This document shows positions 56,546-64,000 of a stretch of DNA of 64,000 nt, one piece after another; the stretch's first letter is position 1; each line of letters begins with the position of its first letter. Made by a program: the position numbers and the translations under genes. The notes under the pieces are model-generated. The model was not told the origin of the DNA. It saw nothing but the letters and a program-made list of their open reading frames with translations, and did not search any database. The DNA comes from Setoptus koraiensis (taxonomy: Eukaryota; Animalia; Arthropoda): positions 16,306,001 through 16,370,000 of the forward strand of contig CM106586.1 in NCBI GenBank assembly GCA_048013815.1. Direction: 5' to 3'.

Positions 56546-58324
56546 ATGAGAGCTTACGGGAGAATAATACATTCAGTATTCATGTATAGCCATGAGACAG
56601 GTTGCAACTCATATTCTCTTTTTAAAATCCACAGAAAATACTTCAAAAAATCAAGAATGTCGAGCAAAAAGTCACCTATGTGCGAAAATGTCGCTCACGA
56701 TGATTGTTTATCAGGACATTACGCCACTTCTCAGTGTCGAAATATTTTCAGAGAGGGTAAATTTTATGTTGAACAACAAAAAGTCACTTATCATAGAAAC
56801 AACAATCACTTGAGAAACGGCACAAACGAGGGAAAATCATTTGATGATATCTCGCGCGAAACAGATAACAATGGTAGTTATAAGCAGAGAACATATGAAG
56901 ACGTCCTTAAAGATATCTGTACTCTACAAACTAATGCCCAAGCCATAGCCACTGCTAATATTGATCCCAGCGAAAGGATGCCCGTGTTTATAGAGCACCT
57001 CAGGTTGGCTGGGGTAAGCTTAGACGACATAGATAAATTGAATGTAATCCACGTTTCCGGAACGAAAGGAAAGGGATCAACATGTGCTTTTGTGGAAAGT
57101 ATCCTGAGAGCAAATAATTACAAAACTGGTTTTTTCAATTCACCTCATCTTATCAAATATACTGAGCGTATAAGATTAGATGGGCAACCAATATCAGATG
57201 AAAAGTTTTCCTTTTACTTCAGCGAAGTCTATGATAGGCTCAAACTCAAAACGGAAGAAGCTGGAATGAAGATGCCTGCATTCTTCGCCTTCATGACAAT
57301 ACTAGCATTCCACATATTCATTAAAGAAAAAATACAAGTCGCCATAATGGAAGTAGGAATTGGAGGACTATTAGATACAACAAATGTTGTAAACCGGCCA
57401 ATTGTTTGTGGAATAACCTCACTGGATTATGACCATGTAACATTACTCGGTAATAGTATAGAGAGTATTGCGAAACACAAAGCAGGCATAATCAAACAAC
57501 ATATTCCAGTATTCACGGTGCCCTACCAACCCAAAGAAGCGCTCACAGTTATAAAAGCCCAAGCAAACTTTATGAGATCGCCTCTAGCAATTTGTCCACC
57601 CATAGAAAACTACAAGCTTGATTTGGGCATCAAAGGTAAAGCTCAGGCATTGAATGCATCATTAGCTATTCAGCTATCTCGGGTCTGGATGGCAAGACTA
57701 TCGGGTCACAACTGCGTCGAACCATTGTCAGATTCAACTATACAATTAAATGAAGGTGACGTTAGAGGTTTGAAAGACTGTCGTTGGCCCGGTCGATGTC
57801 AAATAATCAAGAGGAATAATACTACTTTCTTCTTGGATGGGGCTCATACAAGAAATAGTCTAATAAATTGTAAAGAGTGGTTCAGAGAGTCCTCTTATAA
57901 AGATGTACCGCCCCAATCAGATGTTGTTCGCTATCTCGTCCTAAATATAATAGGTGACCGATCGCGTGAGTCTCTTATGCAACAATTGATCGATTTAAAA
58001 TTTGATGTGGCGTTATTCACTAAAAACAAAGTTGCTACTGAGAAAGTCAGGACAAAGGAGATCGATACTGGTGACAAATCTAGAGGTAGTGATAACTCGT
58101 TTGAATATTCACAGACTCGACAGAATGCCAATATATGGAGAGGTCTTCTGGATAAGAACGTGTGCGATAAAGACCATGAGGTTGTAGAAACAGAATGTAC
58201 TTTAGAGGCTCTAGAGTACATCTATGCTAAATCAAGAGAGAGACGGAATAGCGTGAACCACGTACTGGTAACAGGTAGTCTCCACTTGGTTGGCGCTGTC
58301 ATGGAAGCGATTGACATGATGTGA
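56546..58324 (+). CDS. FPGS: Folylpolyglutamate synthase (eukaryotic type)
   Basis: IHVSGTKGKGST, SPHL, EVGIGG, DYDH, WPGRCQ, LDGAHT and VLVTGSLHLVG; single exon; start codon uncertain. Confidence 0.95.
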   Translation: MRAYGRIIHSVFMYSHETGCNSYSLFKIHRKYFKKSRMSSKKSPMCENVAHDDCLSGHYATSQCRNIFREGKFYVEQQKVTYHRNNNHLRNGTNEGKSFDDISRETDNNGSYKQRTYEDVLKDICTLQTNAQAIATANIDPSERMPVFIEHLRLAGVSLDDIDKLNVIHVSGTKGKGSTCAFVESILRANNYKTGFFNSPHLIKYTERIRLDGQPISDEKFSFYFSEVYDRLKLKTEEAGMKMPAFFAFMTILAFHIFIKEKIQVAIMEVGIGGLLDTTNVVNRPIVCGITSLDYDHVTLLGNSIESIAKHKAGIIKQHIPVFTVPYQPKEALTVIKAQANFMRSPLAICPPIENYKLDLGIKGKAQALNASLAIQLSRVWMARLSGHNCVEPLSDSTIQLNEGDVRGLKDCRWPGRCQIIKRNNTTFFLDGAHTRNSLINCKEWFRESSYKDVPPQSDVVRYLVLNIIGDRSRESLMQQLIDLKFDVALFTKNKVATEKVRTKEIDTGDKSRGSDNSFEYSQTRQNANIWRGLLDKNVCDKDHEVVETECTLEALEYIYAKSRERRNSVNHVLVTGSLHLVGAVMEAIDMM

Positions 58325-58407
58325 ATAGGACGTTAACGTGACCTGGCCTAGAAACATCTTTCCTAAATAGAAAATAATAAACTGGTTCACAAGGAACTAC
58401 TGGTATT

Positions 58408-58934
58408 TTATTCTTCAATTACATTGTCCTCTGATTGTTTAAGCTTAGTGAGCAGGAAGTCTTTTGCTGGCGTGTCTTTTCCGTGATCTCTGACAACAAC
58501 GCTGGCACAACCGACGACTTTCCTTGCCTTGCCATCTTTGTCTATTTTGCATAAGCCAGCCATCTCTCCTAATTGTTTGTTGTCCTCCACTTTAATGAGG
58601 GGGCACTCTTGTTCTTTGCAGAGTGCCTCAACGAGTTTCACGTAACCGGCGTCGTCGCAGCTCTTCGCCAGGACACACATCTTGGCCGATTTTTGCTCAA
58701 GTGCTTTGGCACATTCGACAATTCCGCGAGCTAGACCATCGACGTATTGGCTTTCACGCAAGACATGTCTCAAAGCCGTGGGTATGTCCATAGCGGACGA
58801 TGTGATTTCAGCAACCCTGTTGTCATTGGTATAAATTGTCAAGTATGTACAGTGAAATGAAGAAGATGATCATGAGTAAAGGATCCCTTAGAGAGGGCAT
58901 TCTAATAAGTGGATAGTAAGACTTACGTTTCCAT
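58408..58934 (-). CDS. RPS12: 40S ribosomal protein S12 (eS12)
   Basis: Exon 1 ATG GAA AC|GTAAGT (58934-58927), exon 2 58816-58408. [13 protein letters not shown] and [27 protein letters not shown]. Confidence 0.95.
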
Positions 58935-59191
58935 TTTATCTCTTAGAAAAATATGAGGATTAAAGACGTCGTTTAAATATAATGCGAGCTGATAGGATGC
59001 AACTTGGAGATTGAAATAAATGTGGTACACGAGTGGCTAGGGTACTAGTCATATGAGCGGAAACGCATGAACATGTGAGTTGGCGCAATATTCAAATCGA
59101 TTTGTCATTCAATCGCTGCCATTCGATGTCGAAGAGAACTCGACTCGGACATCAAGGTCAAGCAACATCAGCATAAAATCGTTATGTTAAC

Positions 59192-59551
59192 ATGTTTGAT
59201 TTCAGGATGATGAAAGAATTTAGGAAGTCTGACCATTTCAAGTATGGATTGCCCATGCTTTTGCTTACCCTAGGAGGTCTCGTAGTTTTACAGCTTTATT
59301 CCCGAATTAAAATAGAGGATAGAGATAACAAAAAAAGCATCATTAAATCAAAAGAGTTGAGCAAGCTGATCAAACAAGAGGAACAAAAGACTCTGGAAGA
59401 AGAGTACGAGGAGTTTCGACACAATTTCAACATAGACGGATGGAAAAATATCCGCGGACCGCGTCCTTGGGAGGGAGACAATGTGGAATACAGAGAGCTC
59501 ATCGAACGTCGGGCCAAGCAATCCGAAAAAGGTTGGGTTTTCAGCAAATAG
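59192..59551 (+). CDS. COX16: Cytochrome c oxidase assembly protein COX16
   Basis: FKYGLPMLLL TM segment, TLEEEY and WKNIRGPRPWE motif. Confidence 0.88.
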   Translation: MFDFRMMKEFRKSDHFKYGLPMLLLTLGGLVVLQLYSRIKIEDRDNKKSIIKSKELSKLIKQEEQKTLEEEYEEFRHNFNIDGWKNIRGPRPWEGDNVEYRELIERRAKQSEKGWVFSK

Positions 59552-59594
59552 CTCTAAATGTGTATATTTTAATGTAAAGTAATGAAGGTTAGGC

Positions 59595-60908
59595 TTATTC
59601 TGGTCTCTCATCAACTGTTGTATGCAACATCAAACCGATAATTCCTCCGTAATGGTTTTCTAGATTTTTCGTGCAAACTCTCATCTTCTCATTAATTTCA
59701 TCGAGTTTATAGTAGTGATGAAGCCTCGTTAAATTGAGCTGGGCTTTCATAAATGTATCCCATTGATAATGTGTGGTGCATTCACTTTTTTTCTCTGGAC
59801 AGTATTCACCATCCAGCTCGAGTTCTTGGCTAATATTTAGGGGACATCCGCATATTTCATTTTTGTCTTTTTTTACATCTTGATGCTCGACGCATATACC
59901 CTTGAATCTTTTACAAAACTGTTTTTTTCGCAGGTCTTCATATTCACAAAATATTGGGGGATGAGGATTGTCTTCTGTGCCAAAGGTGCACCTAAATCCT
60001 GAGGAAACCGAAAATAGACTTTCGGCCTTTTTGAAACAATTAGCCCAATGCTTGAACGTGTTGTCACTTGATATAGTTAGACCGCATGTTACACAATAGA
60101 TTTTTGTAACTTCAGCGGAGGTCATTTCCTCACACTCTTCATTGTCTTCCTCATCTTCATCTTCATGTTGGATTTTCTCGTCTTTTTCGGATGCACTCTG
60201 CACATTTTTTTTGATCTGCTCGATGTCTTGAGAGACCTTGTTCAAACGGTCGATGGATTCGTGAACTTTCCTATCATGAAATATCCTGGACAACTCCAAT
60301 TCTTGTAACTCCTTCTTGAATCTTTTTTCTATTTCTGTATTTTTTTCCTTGATCTTGAGCCACTTAGGAATGAAATGTTTTTCCAGGCGCTTTTGTGCCA
60401 ATTCTAGGCCGCACTCATCAGTGCAATAGCTTGAATTATCTCTCGCCTCTTTTACACAAGATGGATTTCCGCACTGTACTGCTTTGGTTCCCCGTTTTTT
60501 TCTTGATGAAATTTTCGATTGCTTGTCCCTGCGTGAGATGTCTAAATTTGGGATGTTTTCTTGTTGATAATTGTTTTCATAAGAGGGTCTTGTCGGAGAT
60601 GATCTTTCTCTGGAAGGCTTATCTTTTGCCGATGGAATTTTTCCTAATGATGGGCGCTCTCGGGGAGGCTTAACCTCTGTTTCTGTCGGTTTTATGTCTT
60701 CCTTGTATACAATAAACAGTGACCCATTGTCATGCGAATTAACAATTCGCAAACATTCGGCACAGTACCATTTGACAATGTTTTTCGACTCTTTTTTAGT
60801 TATTCCGATACAATCACCATGAAACCATTCGTCACATCGGTCACAGCAGATCATAAATCCTTTGGAATTGGATGACCGACATATACAATATTTTTCTGTA
60901 TCTGACAT
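59595..60908 (-). CDS. CXXC1: COMPASS subunit Cfp1/CXXC1/Spp1-like (PHD finger plus Set1-binding region)
   Basis: PHD YCICR..FMICCDRCDEWFHGDCIG..WYCAEC; QCGNPSC..YCTDECGLELA; YCVTCG..KHWANCF; FCKRFKGICVEH; CGCPL. ATG at 60908 follows an acceptor. Confidence 0.88.
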   Translation of the reverse strand: MSDTEKYCICRSSNSKGFMICCDRCDEWFHGDCIGITKKESKNIVKWYCAECLRIVNSHDNGSLFIVYKEDIKPTETEVKPPRERPSLGKIPSAKDKPSRERSSPTRPSYENNYQQENIPNLDISRRDKQSKISSRKKRGTKAVQCGNPSCVKEARDNSSYCTDECGLELAQKRLEKHFIPKWLKIKEKNTEIEKRFKKELQELELSRIFHDRKVHESIDRLNKVSQDIEQIKKNVQSASEKDEKIQHEDEDEEDNEECEEMTSAEVTKIYCVTCGLTISSDNTFKHWANCFKKAESLFSVSSGFRCTFGTEDNPHPPIFCEYEDLRKKQFCKRFKGICVEHQDVKKDKNEICGCPLNISQELELDGEYCPEKKSECTTHYQWDTFMKAQLNLTRLHHYYKLDEINEKMRVCTKNLENHYGGIIGLMLHTTVDERPE

Positions 60909-61895
60909 TCTGTAAAATATACAAGAAGTATTTAGTTCGACCAAGGTTAAATACAATACTTGTCGAAAATACTTAAGATACCCGATGATGCCGGATTGGT
61001 ATGGGTGATGGGTGAATGATGAAAAAAAAAACATCCGAAGCACCCTGTATTGATCATTCTATTTACCTCCAGGCGGCGCTTTCCACAACTGCGACTCGTG
61101 CCTGGTCTTATTGAGTGTGCAGTTAACGGCCTAGAGAGCGCGCCTGCAGAGACGAAAACTTTTGCATGGGTCGTTCTCCAAGCCTGCCCTTGCAGTTTGG
61201 CGAGCTTGTTCCAACCTCCTTCTGACAACTTTTGTCGAAGTATACCAGTCTAAACAAATGACAATACAATAATCACAGAATTATTAGAATTATCATACTA
61301 TACGCCCTTTATTTCGCACGTCTATTCAAACTGGTGCATACATCTAAGGTGATTGCGACAAACAAACAATAATTTCTTTCCATGTTAAGTTACTAAAGAG
61401 TCGGTTACACTAACGAGAACTTCTCTGCATCATCGATAACATGCGAATATCACAGAACTTTCAATTAAGAATGGATCAAAGTAGATTATCAACACATCGG
61501 CAACATCAATTGCGACTATCAAGAAAAAGAATTCGGCTAGAGCTATAGACAGTTCTTATGGTCTGTTTGAATTCAAGTGTCAAGCTAAAATTTCATCGCA
61601 TCTTTAATATGTGAATCGGCTCTTCAACAGGCTTAACTTGCACCATCATAATAATCGTGTCAAAGAGTTGCATTTTAAATAGTATTGCGCCGAAGTTGTT
61701 ACAAGTATCAAGATTCAAATCCTATTCTGTCAGGTATTCGATGCATCTAAGCATACATCCATATTTCCATATTTCGAGGTTGATACACTCTATGGTCTGG
61801 TGCTTGATTCAAGTACAGAATGGTAAAACAAACAGTATATTATCAGATCATCGTCAAGATAGCAATGAAATTAAGAACTCAGTTATGATCCAACC

Positions 61896-62159
61896 ATGAA
61901 ACCAGTTCAAGATGTAACAGTTGATTATTATACCGTACATAGTTATGATATTTATATGCAAACTTATCACAGGATAATCTTTGACCTACTCACTCTCTTT
62001 GGTCACTTTTACAAACCGATCTATAAATATGGTTATGAAATTATTAACAAACAGACCCACAAGTCATTACTTTCGCAAATCACTGACATTGAAAGTAGAA
62101 CACTCAAGTTTCTGAAAAGTTTCTTTCGTGAGCTACAAGAATTGATTACCCTATTTTGA
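61896..62159 (+). other. Unidentified short ORF, possibly the last exon of an orphan or degraded gene
   Basis: 87-aa protein-like ORF with an upstream coding-like segment (about 61733-61820) between splice-like sites; phases do not join cleanly. Confidence 0.2.
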
Positions 62160-62338
62160 GGCATATAAAGTTTGACAGACATTATCATTATGTGATTCTT
62201 CAATTCAATTCAAGTGATTGTTGAATGAGAAATCAAATCAGCATAGAGCAACACCAAAAAGTAGAAAATTCCTAAGAAAAAACTAGATTTTGAAGACGTA
62301 GTGCAACTCTCAATCATTAGAAAACTGATTAGATAATC

Positions 62339-63817
62339 ATGGATAAATCCAAAATCTACATGAAAGTTAATTGCATCATACATAACTCAAACAAAGTTCC
62401 ATGTCATATACCTTATTTTCTACATAAGTTTAAAAATATCGCGTCTCTGACATTGCTTTCACTGACCTTCTATTCAATAGCTGAAATTAGTTGTCAGCTG
62501 GTGGAACCTGCCAAAACTCATTGTAAAAATGCGGAAACAAGACTGGACCAGTGTAGCCAAAAGGTACGTAAGGAAACTAGTCATGGCTAGTCAAAGGCAC
62601 TCTTGACTGAGTAATAATTAAAAATCTAATAACAAGACACACATGAATGTGTCTGATTATATAATTCATGGTCATTAACTCAATAACACGGTAGCTCCTG
62701 ATGTTCTACGAGGCTGCACAGTATCCACAAACTTTGTCGCAACTGGATCGAAACTTTTGTCCTACTTTCAAACAGACGACTAGCTGCATAGCTAAATACG
62801 AGGATTGTTTTAGGCGCTTCGATCGACAAATAATCAAGTTAGTATTTACATCTACCACATGCGTGTTTATTGTTCCCCTGCGGATTCTACAATAAATCAT
62901 CTCTCACAATAATATTCTCACTTCCACAATCTGTTCATGAATGTGAACGAAAAGTTGGGTGCTTACTGCAACGAAGAGACAAAATTATAAGAGGTGCCAA
63001 AACGAGCAGGAAAAGGCAAACTTTGTCAAGCTATCAAATTCTTGCTTGTCAAATGTGAGTACATTCATTAATACCTATTCATCTGATCGAAGTTAGTTAA
63101 AAATAGTTGCTAATCAATACAATATCCACCTCTCATTAGATGAAAAATACAATGAATGACTGTATGGATAGGTACATAGCCGCCTTAGATGCCATTGCTG
63201 ATATGAAGGTAGCCAAAGGCTCACCTAATGATAATCAAATACAGTTATCATGCTGTGCAAATAGGAGATTCAAAGAGGTATTTATCCATTGTTGAATGTT
63301 GTCGCTATTCTCACATCGAGCTGGTGAGAACAGCAGCAGAAGCCACAACAACAACAACTTTTCATTCTAGCAGCTATTTATCGTTAGTTCATATTCAAGG
63401 TTTCTATAATATAGTTAGTGCCTGGAATAGAATGAAGGTCGCATATTCATTATCATCTAAAATCTAACTTTAACTATTATATATTCTCATTAATTTACAT
63501 TTGTCCTTTAGTGTTCAATCAAGCAAGCCGAGCGTTACTGCAGACTCAAGAAATCATTCCGAGAGCCTAGAAAGATCTTATACACTTCGGTTCGGAATGG
63601 GAGACTTTTAAATCAACGAAATCAAAATGCCGATTTACAGATGATTAAGATGCTCGAAGACAATTTAGATGCCATGCATCTGACAGGGCCAGAATTCTTT
63701 TGTTCTAATATAGACGACAATTACTGTAGTGCAAACTACGATAAATCCTATTCCAACTACACTAGACCGTTACATAAATCTATTTTGCCAGCAATGCTTA
63801 AAATATACAGAAGTTAG
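62339..63817 (+). CDS. Secreted cysteine-rich protein of a probably Acari-expanded uncharacterised family
   Basis: Reconstructed exons 62339-62563, 62695-62837, 62955-63054, 63140-63277 and 63512-63817 join in frame with GT-AG sites. Signal-like IASLTLLSLTFYSIAEISC; motifs LDQC, YPQTLSQL..FC, SC..KY..CF..FDRQ, SCC and KSILPAMLKI. Confidence 0.75.
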
Positions 63818-64000
63818 TGATGAGATAAACAGTCATACATGTAAATACATAGATATGTATTTATATATAGATAGACATATCGCCAGTCCCCAAAAAGTCT
63901 ATTTATTCAATAAATAATTATTAATGATCCCAAAAGCTCGATATGCCAGTTGATTTGCCGGAATTCCCATTCAGAGATGCTTCAGAATGAATTGAACACT

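Noticed and set aside
56546-58324. FPGS as a bacterial folC transfer
   Set aside because: The EVGIGG, WPGRCQ and LDGAHT motifs and the overall length fit the eukaryotic type.

Overview
This is an AT-rich, gene-dense eukaryotic window with short GT-AG introns (mostly about 85-150 nt) and many unusually intron-poor conserved genes. The proteins look arthropod, probably an acariform, possibly plant-feeding, mite; this is inference, as no database search was possible. Gene order: BLTP2/hobbit 5' part (-), MARVEL-domain gene (+), Gemin8 (-), a small Helentron/DINE-1-like element, CRTC (-), a near-identical second copy of MARVEL+Gemin8, COMMD2-like, POLD3, Gemin2, NRBP, PDS5, a GH31 alpha-glucosidase, two GH45 cellulase-family genes flanking an orphan coding-like stretch, plastin/fimbrin, IFT54/TRAF3IP1, a 2371-aa single-exon modular membrane protein, RFWD3, DIP2, FPGS, RPS12, COX16, Cfp1 and a secreted Cys-rich protein. 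The first highlight is a pair of intron-bearing, secreted, fungal-type GH45 genes: one is catalytically intact, the other keeps its fold cysteines but has lost the catalytic acid and several substrate-binding motifs (enzyme plus pseudoenzyme pair). The second is a 1542-bp duplication with only 2 differences seen, bracketing CRTC, with a Helentron-like element exactly at one breakpoint. No rRNA, tRNA or CRISPR array was recognised.
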